Source: an uncultured virus (IMG/VR IMGVR_UViG_3300031247_000001) | Lineage: Duplodnaviria; Heunggongvirae; Uroviricota; Caudoviricetes | DNA: 64,000 nucleotides | Strand: one strand, 5' to 3' | Virus record (IMG/VR): IMGVR_UViG_3300031247_000001 | Shown: piece by piece, positions 29,550-38,594 of the stretch | Layout: the number at the start of each line of letters is the position of its first letter | Numbering within the stretch: the stretch's first letter is position 1 | Made by a program: the position numbers and the translations under genes | The notes under the pieces: generated by a model | What the model saw: the letters and a program-made list of their open reading frames with translations, nothing else | Told to the model about the DNA's origin: nothing | Databases searched by the model: none

Positions 29550-29896
29550 CCGATCCCGTCGACCACGCGCTCATGGAGCACCGGCTTCGGAAGGCCAAGC
29601 CCCAAGCGCTTCGCCGCATCAAGCTCGTGCACACGCAGTCGGGCGCGGAGAAGCTCGTCGAGTACCTCGGGATGTCGGGCGAGCCCCTCCGCGCGCAGAT
29701 CCACTGGCCCATCGCGGGCGAGTACTTGGTCGCGCCCCGCTCGGGCACGATCATCGGCTCCGCCAAGAACGCCCCCGCGCTCCGTCTCTGGAAAGTGTCG
29801 CCAGCCGATCACGCGTTCCTGAAGCAGGAGTACCGGCTGGCGCGCGCGCGGGTGCCGCAGCGCCCCGAGCGCTCGGGGGTGGTCAAGTGCCGGTGA
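29546..29896 (+). CDS. Hypothetical protein
   Basis: GTGA-coupled ORF. Confidence 0.5.
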   Translation: MTDPVDHALMEHRLRKAKPQALRRIKLVHTQSGAEKLVEYLGMSGEPLRAQIHWPIAGEYLVAPRSGTIIGSAKNAPALRLWKVSPADHAFLKQEYRLARARVPQRPERSGVVKCR

Positions 29897-30336
29897 CCGA
29901 GCCCGCTAAAGAGATGCCCTGGTGCGTGTTCGTGTCGGGATCTCGGGATCTCGAGTGGTCCCATCAGGAGATCATTGCTCCTGAGTTGATGACGTTCTTG
30001 GGGCCCTACGCGACCTTGATTCACGGCAAGGGAAAGGGGCGCTCGTCCACCGTGCCGGGTTGCGATCGCGTGGTCGACGTGACCGCGCGCGAGATGGGAT
30101 TCAACGTCCTGCCGATCCCGGCGCTCTGGAATATCCAAGGCAACGGCGCTGGCCCCATCCGGAACGGCCTCTGCGCGCAGCTGCTGCTCACGTTCGGGAG
30201 ATGCGGCTACCGCATGGCGATGCTCGGCTTCAGCACGGGCGGCCGCGGCACCGAGGGCGCCCTCGAGCTCATGCGACGCCTCTATGACCGACAGACCGCG
30301 GACGTACTCATTAAAAAGATCGAGGTGAAGTTGTGA
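29893..30336 (+). CDS. SLOG superfamily (YspA/DUF2493-like) protein
   Basis: VSGSRD, LIHG, GCD, PALW..GNGAGPIRN and GGRGT. Confidence 0.75.
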   Translation: MTEPAKEMPWCVFVSGSRDLEWSHQEIIAPELMTFLGPYATLIHGKGKGRSSTVPGCDRVVDVTAREMGFNVLPIPALWNIQGNGAGPIRNGLCAQLLLTFGRCGYRMAMLGFSTGGRGTEGALELMRRLYDRQTADVLIKKIEVKL

Positions 30337-30719
30337 CGGATATCCTTCTGCGCCGCCTGCGCGCGAGCGAGATCTCATACCGAGAGCAGGGCCTCTTCGA
30401 AGCGGCGGTCTGCTCTCAGCGTCAGGCCGACTACATCGAAGCGGGAGGTGAAGTGCTCGGGAGCCCGTGCTCGTACCTGGACCGTGGGATCGGCGGGAAG
30501 CTGACATTCGATGTGCGCGATGGGTGGATCCAGATCTTTTCGGCGGATGGCGGAGCATGCCTCTCGTTTACGGAAGATCGAGCGTCCACGCTGTGGATGC
30601 TACTCCTCGTCTATCTCAATGTCACGCCAGACGAGCTCCGCGACATGGCCGATTCGATGGACCGCTCGCCGCTGCCTGCGCTCGATGAGTTGCCGGTGCA
30701 GGGTGACGGGGAGCAATGA
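30333..30719 (+). CDS. Hypothetical protein
   Basis: Coupled ORF. Confidence 0.45.
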   Translation: MTDILLRRLRASEISYREQGLFEAAVCSQRQADYIEAGGEVLGSPCSYLDRGIGGKLTFDVRDGWIQIFSADGGACLSFTEDRASTLWMLLLVYLNVTPDELRDMADSMDRSPLPALDELPVQGDGEQ

Positions 30720-31201
30720 AGATCAAGATCTGGAGCCCCGACAACGCAGACGAGAAAGACGCCGATGAAAAGGAAGTTCCGTACTATGAGCCAAGAGATC
30801 TCTCCTGGCTCCTTGCGACGGAAGCAGAAGAGTGGCTCGAGGAAAACCACGGAGACTACGACCACTGCGGCGAACTCGACGTAAACATCCGGCTCGTCGA
30901 GTACCCGGAAGGCACCGCGAAGACGCTGTGGCAATTCACGGTGAAGGTTCCACGCGATCGAAAAGAAGGAAGCCCAATGCCCAGAGTAACGAGCGCGAGC
31001 TGCGATCTTTTCGAAGCCAGTCAGCATAGCAGGCGCGAGTTAATATTGACTGGACCGAAGCTCAATGTCTGCCTTCGGCAAGAGTTGCCACTGCTTAGTG
31101 AGCACACGCTCAACGCTCTAGCGAGAGCGCTAGCGTATGCTTATATTCAGGGCTCTTGTGACAAAATGTCTGAAATCAAAGCAGCGCTCGAGATCCCATG
31201 A
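30716..31201 (+). CDS. Hypothetical protein
   Basis: Coupled ORF with a GGAG RBS. Confidence 0.5.
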   Translation: MKIKIWSPDNADEKDADEKEVPYYEPRDLSWLLATEAEEWLEENHGDYDHCGELDVNIRLVEYPEGTAKTLWQFTVKVPRDRKEGSPMPRVTSASCDLFEASQHSRRELILTGPKLNVCLRQELPLLSEHTLNALARALAYAYIQGSCDKMSEIKAALEIP

Positions 31202-31686
31202 CGCTGTCCTGGGCTCTGCGCTTCGTGTGGGTCTGGCTGTGGATGATCTTCCACGGTGCTCAGCCGGCGACCTGCGAGCGCGTTTACGACATGGACCCGC
31301 GCTCCTCGCGATCCCCGGGGAAATCCTACGAAGAATGGTACGGAAGCCCCATGCTGATCTGCGAGAGCGCGCGCACGGGCCGCTCGATCGCCTTCTGCCT
31401 CGGCCCGAACTGCTGATGCCCAAGAAAGAGAAACCACTCACCCCGAAAGATCTCCTCGGGCTGCTCCAAGAATCCGAGCAGCGAGAAAGATTGCTGCGCC
31501 ACGAAAACGCGCTCCTTCGTCAGCGACTCTTGCTGCACGAGGGCGACAGCGTGCGTCGGCTGGTCTACGCCGAGCCCGCAGCTGGCTCAGGCCCGGGCGC
31601 GCTCGTGCTGGTCGACGACGACCGCGTCGTCTACCGCCCTCCCACCGGTTGACTCTCCCCACTTCGACTAGGCACAATGCGCCACC

Positions 31687-32289
31687 ATGGATCTCCTCTC
31701 TGCCATCTTCCTCAAGCTCATGGGCATGACGCCCCACTTCACCGACACCGAAACCAAGGAGGCCCGCGCCACCCGCATGCACATCGTGGCGGCCTCCATC
31801 AACGACGCCACGCTCCGCGCGTCGTGCTCGGGCACGTTTGCAGTCGAAGACTGCAAACCCATCTTCTCCGATCGCCGCACCCTCGCCGGACTCCTCCTCG
31901 GCAAGGGCCACTTCGAGTCCGACTTCGCCGAGTACGTGCACGAGGGTCGCTGCACCGACGGTCCGAAAGGCGCCCGCTGCGACGCCGACAAGGACGGTCT
32001 TCCCCGCGCTCACGGCCCCTGGCAGCAGTGGAAGCAGTCGGTCTTCCCACAGGAGGACTGGGACAAGCTCGAGGGCTCGACGGCGGAAGCGACGGAGCTT
32101 GCCGCATGGCACGCGGCCGTGCTCCTGTCGGGCTCGCGCTCGACCTGCAAGCGGTACTTTCAGGGCGACGAGATCCAGGCGGCCATCGCGGGGTTCTCGG
32201 GGAACTGCATCATGGGCATGAAGCTCGACAAGATCGCTTACCAGGCTTCGGCGGTGAGGAAGATCGTGGCGACGCTGCCGGCGGAGTGA
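31687..32289 (+). CDS. Possible lysozyme/transglycosylase-fold protein
   Basis: GHFESDF and HGPWQ resemble the ES and G-x-Q motifs of lytic transglycosylases; similarity is weak. Confidence 0.35.
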   Translation: MDLLSAIFLKLMGMTPHFTDTETKEARATRMHIVAASINDATLRASCSGTFAVEDCKPIFSDRRTLAGLLLGKGHFESDFAEYVHEGRCTDGPKGARCDADKDGLPRAHGPWQQWKQSVFPQEDWDKLEGSTAEATELAAWHAAVLLSGSRSTCKRYFQGDEIQAAIAGFSGNCIMGMKLDKIAYQASAVRKIVATLPAE

Positions 32290-32291
32290 AG

Positions 32292-32696
32292 ATGATCTTC
32301 GGCCTTTGGCACGAAGGCTGGTGTTCCTTTCCCACCTCCCGTAACCCAGATCGGTTGGGGTACGGGTACTCCGGCACCGAAGAGGAAGCGCGCGTGGGGA
32401 AAGCGCAATTCGTGAGAGAGGGGCGACCCGCTTCCGAGTACCAAGTGGTGCTGTTCGATCACGAGCGCGAGCCGTCTGTGAGGGCGGGCAAGCCGTCGCC
32501 TGCTCAACTCGAGGCGCTCAAGCAGATCGAGTTGCATGGACGAGCGGCGCCCGGAACGTTTCGACCGACGCTCGCGGCGATCTACATCTACGGCTGGATC
32601 TGCTCGAACATCACAGTCGATGGGCAGGAGGTGCCGGGGCGGCCGATGCGGCTCACCATGGCAGGGAAAGCGTTCCTAGCAATACCCGCACCCTGA
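32292..32696 (+). CDS. Hypothetical protein with C-terminal wHTH-like segment
   Basis: SPAQLEAL...RLTMAGK. Confidence 0.4.
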   Translation: MIFGLWHEGWCSFPTSRNPDRLGYGYSGTEEEARVGKAQFVREGRPASEYQVVLFDHEREPSVRAGKPSPAQLEALKQIELHGRAAPGTFRPTLAAIYIYGWICSNITVDGQEVPGRPMRLTMAGKAFLAIPAP

Positions 32697-33296
32697 GACC
32701 GGTTTGCCCCCGCCGATCAGATCCGTAAACACCTGCTGCCCCATCGCGTAAGCCGGCGCCTCGAACGGATTGGTCTCCGGATGCCCCGCTGCCGCCGCGG
32801 CCTTGCCTTCGGAGTACTGCTCGTGCGTCATGCCCGTCGCGTACTCGGCGACGTGGAAGAGCTCGTGCGCGAGCGTGCTCATGGAGGTCGGGCTCGTGAA
32901 GACCACGTTCGGGTCCTTGAAATAGATGTCGCGATCGAGCGTCGCGGCGACGGCTCCCTCAGGGGCGGGCGCCCCGCCGCGCCACTGTCCCCATTGCCCG
33001 AGGTGGAGGATGGCGGCCGCCAAGAGCTCGGGGCGATAGTAGGCGCTGAGCACCGATTTTTCCCAATCCGTCAAGGTACGCGTCACCGATCCAGCGGTCA
33101 GGAACGCGCTCGGTGGCGGAGCGTTCCAGGCGGATACAGCCGGTCCCGTCGACTCGGTCCCCGGCGGCAACACCCCGGGGGGAGAAGCGGCCTGGGCCAC
33201 GATCTGCGCCTCCCGCTCTTTTCCCCACAGGTAGAGCCCGATGCCCGTCACGACCACGGCTCCAGCAGCGAGCTTGTAGCCGAGGGGGATCGTCAT
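32676..33296 (-). CDS. Membrane-anchored HExxH protein (DUF4157/eCIS-core-like)
   Basis: N-terminal TM, then AATLDRDIYF, TLAHELFHVAEY and NPFEAPAY. Confidence 0.7.
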   Translation of the reverse strand: MTIPLGYKLAAGAVVVTGIGLYLWGKEREAQIVAQAASPPGVLPPGTESTGPAVSAWNAPPPSAFLTAGSVTRTLTDWEKSVLSAYYRPELLAAAILHLGQWGQWRGGAPAPEGAVAATLDRDIYFKDPNVVFTSPTSMSTLAHELFHVAEYATGMTHEQYSEGKAAAAAGHPETNPFEAPAYAMGQQVFTDLIGGGKPVSGCGYC

Positions 33297-33306
33297 CCTG
33301 GGCAAA

Positions 33307-33342
33307 TTCCTACCAGTCGTGCCCGCACGGCCGCAAGTTTTT
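33307..33342 (-). promoter_or_regulatory. Conserved promoter AAAAAC-TTGCGG-N18-TAGGAA
   Basis: Recurrent motif. Confidence 0.5.
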
Positions 33343-33348
33343 GGAGCG

Positions 33349-33855
33349 ATGCCACCTTCGGGACCGAAAACTTTCGCTCCCGTCGCCCCCAGGCTATTCT
33401 CCCAGCCGATGAATGCCCCGCGCCCCATGTGGGACCACGGATTTGGCGACGCCGCCGCGCCCGCTCCGGCGCCGGCCCCGCTCCCCGTTGACCCATCCGC
33501 GCCGCCTCCTGCGCAGGCGGCCCCTCTCCCGCAGGCCCCGGCTCCGCTCGCCCCCCTGCCCGCTCCAGCACCCGCGGTGACCCCAGCTGCCGCGCGCCGT
33601 CGTGCCGGCGCGGCCATCGTGCTCACGGGCGTCGGCGTCGGCGCAGGCGCGCTCCTCGGTGGACTCTGGGGCGCCGGCTCCGGTCTCTTCTTCGCAGGCG
33701 CCCTCTCGAACGCCCTCCGCGCTCAAAGCCTCTGGCGCTCCGACTTCGCCGACGACCGCACCGAGGCCATGAAGGCCACGGTGATGACGGTGCTCGGCGT
33801 CGGCCTCGCTGGCTACCTCGGCTACCGCGCGCGTGAAGCGCGCGAGGACGACTGA
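33349..33855 (+). CDS. Pro-rich membrane protein (GFGD motif)
   Basis: WDHGFGDAA, a Pro/Ala linker and 2-3 hydrophobic helices. Confidence 0.65.
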   Translation: MPPSGPKTFAPVAPRLFSQPMNAPRPMWDHGFGDAAAPAPAPAPLPVDPSAPPPAQAAPLPQAPAPLAPLPAPAPAVTPAAARRRAGAAIVLTGVGVGAGALLGGLWGAGSGLFFAGALSNALRAQSLWRSDFADDRTEAMKATVMTVLGVGLAGYLGYRAREAREDD

Positions 33856-33865
33856 AAGAACACGC

Positions 33866-34198
33866 ATGAGTTACTCCGCCGTGATTCCGCTCCGCCGCCC
33901 GCCGCTCGTGCGTCCGCTCGCTCCCTCGCGCTTTGGTCCTGGGCTCCGTGGTCTCGGCACGATGCTCGATAACGATCTGTTCACGAGCGCGTGGTACCTG
34001 CCACTCGTCGCAGTCGTAAACAAGATCACCAACGCGCGCTCGTACGCCTGGGCACCCTACAAGTACCTATCCAACTGGGATGCCCTCGACTACAATATGA
34101 GCTTCACCAACTACACTCCGACCACGGAGCAAGGGGCCACGCTCTATCAATGGGACGGAACCCAGTGGCTCCAAACTAACGTGCAATCGGGCGTCTGA
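33866..34198 (+). CDS. Putative virion protein (MSY...RGLGT)
   Basis: N-terminus similar in style to the ORFs at 615 and 38077; aromatic-rich C-terminal domain. Confidence 0.6.
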   Translation: MSYSAVIPLRRPPLVRPLAPSRFGPGLRGLGTMLDNDLFTSAWYLPLVAVVNKITNARSYAWAPYKYLSNWDALDYNMSFTNYTPTTEQGATLYQWDGTQWLQTNVQSGV

Positions 34199-34208
34199 AA
34201 AGGATCCT

Positions 34209-35048
34209 ATGGCTGAAGTTGTATTGATGGACGGGCAGTGGACGATGTGCCAGTTCCTGCGGCCGTTCGAGAATTTCGAGCGCGTCTATCAAGGCCAATC
34301 GGGAACGCTTCCGATCGCCTTCCCGGGCGACCTCGATCAGTTCGCGGTCGACGGCACGCCTGGGTACGACCCGAACCTCATCGCGGGCATCACGGTCCCC
34401 TACGGCTCTCGCGTGACGATTTGGATCCCGCAGACCATCGCCGACTACACCGTCAACGCGCTCTATCAGTACCAGATCCTCTGGCGCATGCGGAACGTGC
34501 GGGACTATCGCGAGGGGCAGACCAAGGGCGCGGTCTCCGCTTTGCAGAACTACACGGGCTACCACCTGACCACGAGCGGCTTTGGTCAACCCGAAGTGGC
34601 CAGCGCCCCCGTCACTTCCTCGAACGCTCGCTACTTCCTGCCGGGCGCGACGCGCACGGTGGCCTTCGAGCAGAGTGAGCCCGCGCTCGGCGATCCCGGG
34701 GTCATTCATCTCACCGGCGAACGCCTGCAGCCCACGATCAATCCGGTCTGGGTGCAGCCGCTCACTCCCAAGGGTAACCCCGCCGTCTGGCAGCAGGGCA
34801 CTTATGTGGGCTCCTCTCACGCGAACAACGGAGGCCCCTCGTGGCTCACGTTTACGTGCGACGCCGATGGCGACGAGATGAGCATCTTGGCCTACAAGAT
34901 CCCGCCCGGTGAAGGCCCCTACCCCGCCTGGGACTTCACGACATCCGATCCCGGAGATCTGAGCTTCTCCAACACCTTCGGCAACAGCAATGGCCAAAAC
35001 CGCGGCACCCCCTTCACTTCGATCTTGGTGACCACCGGCACTTCGTAG
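34209..35048 (+). CDS. Putative beta-rich virion structural protein
   Basis: AAGGA RBS; T/G/P/aromatic-rich; no recognisable family. Confidence 0.6.
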   Translation: MAEVVLMDGQWTMCQFLRPFENFERVYQGQSGTLPIAFPGDLDQFAVDGTPGYDPNLIAGITVPYGSRVTIWIPQTIADYTVNALYQYQILWRMRNVRDYREGQTKGAVSALQNYTGYHLTTSGFGQPEVASAPVTSSNARYFLPGATRTVAFEQSEPALGDPGVIHLTGERLQPTINPVWVQPLTPKGNPAVWQQGTYVGSSHANNGGPSWLTFTCDADGDEMSILAYKIPPGEGPYPAWDFTTSDPGDLSFSNTFGNSNGQNRGTPFTSILVTTGTS

Positions 35049-35150
35049 TGGCAGCTCGGCGCCGACGGAAGCCGAGACTTTGCCGTCCAGAGCGCGGGCC
35101 GTGATCGATGGCACATGCAAAGGGAGCTCGGCCCCTACGGAAGCTGGGAC
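35043..35150. CRISPR. CRISPR-like mini-array: 2 repeats and one 36-nt spacer
   Basis: Repeats at 35043-35078 (left end degenerate) and 35115-35150 match the consensus GTGCAAAGGGAGCTCGGCCCCTACGGAAGCCGAGAC; spacer 35079-35114. Confidence 0.75.
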
Positions 35151-35171
35151 GACGACAGCAAGACATCGAAG

Positions 35172-35978
35172 ATGCTCCTCGATCCTTACCCCGGGCCTCG
35201 CGCTCCACAGATCAACACACTCTGGGTCGTGGTGCCGTTTTCTCGCCCGCACTACTTCGACAATGTGTGGCGAAACTTCGAGCGCCAACGCTTTCCAGGT
35301 AAGCGCCTCTTGATTGCTGCCAACGGCCTTGGGAGCGGCGCAGAGTCGATGTGGCGAGATCTCGGCGCCGACTTCATCGCCACCCGCGATCACCAATCCA
35401 CCGCCAAGAACGAAGCCCTCGCGTTCATTCGGAAGCACGGCGGCGGCTGCTTCTCGATCATGGACGACGACGACTGGTACGGCCCCGGCTACCTCGACGA
35501 GGTCGCGGGCTATGCCAAAGACTACGAGGCGCTCGGCAAGCAATGGCACTTCGTGTCGCTCGGTGAGGGGGATCCGGGTGAGGTGACGTTCGTGTGCGCC
35601 AATCGCCGCTACGCTAACCTCGATCCCGCCTCGTGGTTTACCGGCGGCACGATCAGCGGCTGGGCGGAGACGGCCAAGGACTTCCCCGTCGTCGCCGAGG
35701 GCGAAGACATTCAGTGGTGCCACGCGATGAAGCGCCAGGGCGCTCGCCTGCGCGGGCTGTCGATCTACCACTACCTCTACCGGCGCTCGTATGGAGGTGC
35801 CAAGCACGCGTGGCGCATCACCCGACAAGCATTTGAGCGAGCGCTCCGGGTCGGAGACGCGCTCGAGTTCCCGCTGACGGGGATGGGTCAGATCGATCTC
35901 GACATCGTGACGGGTGAAAAAAATCCGACCGAGTGTCGCCTGATCGGACAGCAGAAGTTCGTGGCGGTTCCGGCGTAA
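35172..35978 (+). CDS. Glycosyltransferase family 2-like (GT-A) protein
   Basis: VVVPFSRP, AKNEAL, IMDDDDWYGPGYL and GED. The ORF-track start at 35115 lies inside the repeat. Confidence 0.75.
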   Translation: MLLDPYPGPRAPQINTLWVVVPFSRPHYFDNVWRNFERQRFPGKRLLIAANGLGSGAESMWRDLGADFIATRDHQSTAKNEALAFIRKHGGGCFSIMDDDDWYGPGYLDEVAGYAKDYEALGKQWHFVSLGEGDPGEVTFVCANRRYANLDPASWFTGGTISGWAETAKDFPVVAEGEDIQWCHAMKRQGARLRGLSIYHYLYRRSYGGAKHAWRITRQAFERALRVGDALEFPLTGMGQIDLDIVTGEKNPTECRLIGQQKFVAVPA

Positions 35979-36037
35979 GGCGAGCGCGGAGCGCATTCCT
36001 GTAGACAGGCAAGAACTGTCTCCCTAAGCTCGCGGGC

Positions 36038-37342
36038 ATGATCAGTGTCTTCACGCCGCTCGCGGCGTCCGGTAACTCCTACATCCAAGCAGCTTACGAT
36101 TCGCTCGTCGCGCAAACCGTCACGGACTGGGAGTGGATCGTCGTCGAGAACCACGGCGGCATGCTCCCGAAAAAGATCCGGAAAGATCCGCGCGTCAAGC
36201 TCTCCGGCATCAACCTCGAAGGCATCGGCGCGCTGAAGCGCCACTGCTGCACGCTCGCCACGGGGGAGTATTTGTTCGAGTTCGATCATGACGATCTGCT
36301 CCACCCCCAAGCGCTCGAGAAGGCCCTTCTGGCCTTCGACCAGGGTGCCGACTTCGTCTTCTCGGACACGGCGGAGTTTCAGGACAAGACCTGGGCTCCT
36401 AACGTCTACGGCACGCAGTTCGGGTGGTCGAGTTATCCGGTGACCTTCCAGGGCCATGAGCTCCTCGCTCAACCAAACCCTCCCGTCACGGCGCACAACC
36501 TTCGCCTCATCGACTTCGCCCCGAACCACTTCCGCGCGTTCCGCCGGGACGCGTACTGGTCGGTCGGCGGTCACAACGCAGATCTCCACGTCGGCGACGA
36601 CCACGACTTGATGCTGAAGTTTTTCCTCGCGGGGCTGACGTTCCGGCACGTCCCCGAGTGTTTGTACTTCTACCGCGTGCACGACAAACAAACGACCAAC
36701 GCCAACGTCGGCAACGCGCGCATCCGGCAAGTGACCGAGTCGCTCTACGACCAGCACATCTTCGACTTGGCGGAGAAGTTTACGCGCGACTACAGCGTGA
36801 TTCTGCCGCTCAAGAAGATCGATCTCTGCGGCGGCATCGACACGTACAAGGACTACACGCCGCTCGACCAAACGCTCGGTCACAACCTCGACGAGATCTG
36901 GCCGCTCGAAGGCGAATCGGTCGGCGTCATCCGCGCCTTCGATGCGATCGAGCACCTGAAAGATCCCATCCACACCCTGAACGAAGCCTACCGCGTGCTC
37001 GCGCCCGGCGGCTTCTTCCTCATCCAGGTGCCCTCGACGACGGGCCCGATGATCCGCGCGCCCGCGATGGATGGAGGCGAGTTTCACTGGGTCGCCTCCG
37101 CGGGCCGCGGCGCTCACCAAGATCCGACCCACGTCTCCTTCTGGAACGAAAACTCCTTCTGGTACTACACGAAGCAGTCTCACGCGCGCTACATCCCGCG
37201 GAGCCAGGCGAAGTTCCAGGTGATCAAAATGAGGACGTTCTACCCGAGCGCTTGGCACATGCAGCGCGCCATCCCGTACGTCGAGGCGCATTTAATCGCG
37301 CTGAAAGACGGGTACCGACCCATGGGGTTAGTAGAAATCTAG
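36038..37342 (+). CDS. GT2 glycosyltransferase fused to a SAM-methyltransferase-like domain
   Basis: ISVFTP, SLVAQTVTDWEWIVV, FDHDDLL, DDHDL; C-terminal DAIEHL..EAYRVLAPGG and QDPTH. Confidence 0.85.
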   Translation: MISVFTPLAASGNSYIQAAYDSLVAQTVTDWEWIVVENHGGMLPKKIRKDPRVKLSGINLEGIGALKRHCCTLATGEYLFEFDHDDLLHPQALEKALLAFDQGADFVFSDTAEFQDKTWAPNVYGTQFGWSSYPVTFQGHELLAQPNPPVTAHNLRLIDFAPNHFRAFRRDAYWSVGGHNADLHVGDDHDLMLKFFLAGLTFRHVPECLYFYRVHDKQTTNANVGNARIRQVTESLYDQHIFDLAEKFTRDYSVILPLKKIDLCGGIDTYKDYTPLDQTLGHNLDEIWPLEGESVGVIRAFDAIEHLKDPIHTLNEAYRVLAPGGFFLIQVPSTTGPMIRAPAMDGGEFHWVASAGRGAHQDPTHVSFWNENSFWYYTKQSHARYIPRSQAKFQVIKMRTFYPSAWHMQRAIPYVEAHLIALKDGYRPMGLVEI

Positions 37343-37376
37343 CGCCGCGCGATGGATTTGGGTAATCTCGCTCCCC

Positions 37377-37901
37377 ATGTCTCGAAGAGCTGGCACGCCA
37401 CGGATTTCGCCTCGAGCGGCGCCAGACAAAGACAATCAGTTTCTCGAAATCTACGAGAGCGGATCGATCGATCTCTTCGGCGTCCACGACCCGGGCTTTG
37501 CTCGAAAGCAAGCAGACGGGGATTTTCTGGAGTGCCGCTTCGCCGACTGGCACGCCCGCGACATTTTGCGGGTCGACATCGTGGTCTCGCTCGCTCCCTC
37601 CGCGCTCAAGATCGAAGGTGTCCTGGTCTTCGAGCCTCAGGTGCTTCTTGCCGAGGGCGATCCCTGGAGCGCCATCCGCGGCGTGCGGGCCGCGATTGGG
37701 TCCTACGGCCTCAGCGCGATCAGCACCGGATCGGTCGAGCTCGCTTCCGCGCCCATCGTACGCCTGCACGCGCAAGCTTTCAATCGCGCGCTCGATTATG
37801 GCCGGGGCCCCGAGCCATCGAGTCTGGTCTTGCGCTGCTGCCGCGTGCGGCAGGGCACCTACGCGCCGTCGAGCTCTCTGATCCCCGTCACAACCTGGTA
37901 G
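37377..37901 (+). CDS. Hypothetical protein whose stop codon is supplied by the inserted inverted repeat
   Basis: The ORF ends ACC TGG TAG across the junction; the reconstructed empty site reads ACC TGA. Confidence 0.45.
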   Translation: MSRRAGTPRISPRAAPDKDNQFLEIYESGSIDLFGVHDPGFARKQADGDFLECRFADWHARDILRVDIVVSLAPSALKIEGVLVFEPQVLLAEGDPWSAIRGVRAAIGSYGLSAISTGSVELASAPIVRLHAQAFNRALDYGRGPEPSSLVLRCCRVRQGTYAPSSSLIPVTTW

Positions 37902-37963
37902 TGTCCTAAGTTGAAAGCCGGCAGAGATCTTCCTTTCCCTAGTTTTCAAACTAGGACACTACC
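37897..37963. mobile_element. 67-bp MITE-like element
   Basis: Inverted repeats GGTAGTGTCCTAAGTTGAAA and TTTCAAACTAGGACACTACC, flanked by CACAACCT at 37889-37896 and 37964-37971. Confidence 0.75.
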
Positions 37964-38029
37964 CACAACCTGGTAGTGTCCTAAGTTGAAATAGTTGGCA
38001 GGGAAGGTTTCGGCGAGATCCTCCCGTGG

Positions 38030-38064
38030 AAAAGTTGCCAAGGCGAACGCTCCGCGGGTAATCT
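38030..38064 (+). promoter_or_regulatory. Conserved promoter AAAAG-TTGCCA-N18-TAATCT
   Basis: Recurrent motif, inside the cassette. Confidence 0.6.
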
Positions 38065-38076
38065 TCTCTCCGTACC

Positions 38077-38406
38077 ATGTCGTATTCCTCGCCATTGCCG
38101 CCTTTCGCTAGCGCCTTTCCCATGCAGATGCGCGGTTTCGGAAGTGCGGGCACTCCCGTGCCCATGGCAATGCCCCTCGGGGATGATAGTTCAGGGTCGT
38201 GGTTTGGGCCTGCACTGGTAGTGGGCGCCCTCGGATTCGGGATTTGGTGGCTCTTGGTAAAACCTTCTCCTGCTCGCAAGAAACCATCGCGCTCGTTAAG
38301 TGCGGCCGATATACGGAGAATCAAGTCGGACTCCGATCGAAAAGCGAAGGATTACACGGAGCAGTGGAAGCGCGACCATCCGGAACTCGCTAGAAAACAT
38401 GCGTGA
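38077..38406 (+). CDS. Small single-pass membrane protein (MSY...RGFGS...LGD)
   Basis: TM ALVVGALGFGIWWLLV followed by a basic tail. Confidence 0.65.
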   Translation: MSYSSPLPPFASAFPMQMRGFGSAGTPVPMAMPLGDDSSGSWFGPALVVGALGFGIWWLLVKPSPARKKPSRSLSAADIRRIKSDSDRKAKDYTEQWKRDHPELARKHA

Positions 38407-38489
38407 TCGGGGGACCCCCGGTCCTACGCGGGCGGGCGCGGAGACCTTCCCTGCCGCAGGTTTCAAACTAGGACACTACCCACAACCTG

Positions 38490-38525
38490 AAAAAGTTGCG
38501 GTCGGCGGCTGCGATGCAGTAGCCT
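38490..38525 (+). promoter_or_regulatory. Conserved promoter AAAAAG-TTGCGG-N18-TAGCCT
   Basis: Recurrent motif upstream of the first collagen gene. Confidence 0.65.
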
Positions 38526-38594
38526 TTCCCGACTGGGTCAGTTTGTCAGGATGACCGAGGCAGGCAGCGCTATGCCCTCGGGATCCCGACAACC

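Larger units (their letters stand above)
37972..38480. mobile_element. 509-bp non-autonomous cassette with the same ends, carrying a promoter and a small membrane gene
   Basis: Same 20-bp inverted repeats extended by GGCAGGGAAGG/CCTTCCCTGCC; CACAACCT at 37964-37971 and 38481-38488. Confidence 0.75.

Noticed and set aside
35115..35171. ORF-track N-terminus MQRELGPYGSW of the glycosyltransferase
   Set aside because: The ATG lies within the CRISPR-like repeat; the start at 35172 is more plausible.
37897..38480. The GGTAGTGTCC repeats as a CRISPR array or dif/att site
   Set aside because: The copies alternate in orientation and are flanked by 8-bp direct repeats, which fits transposon ends.
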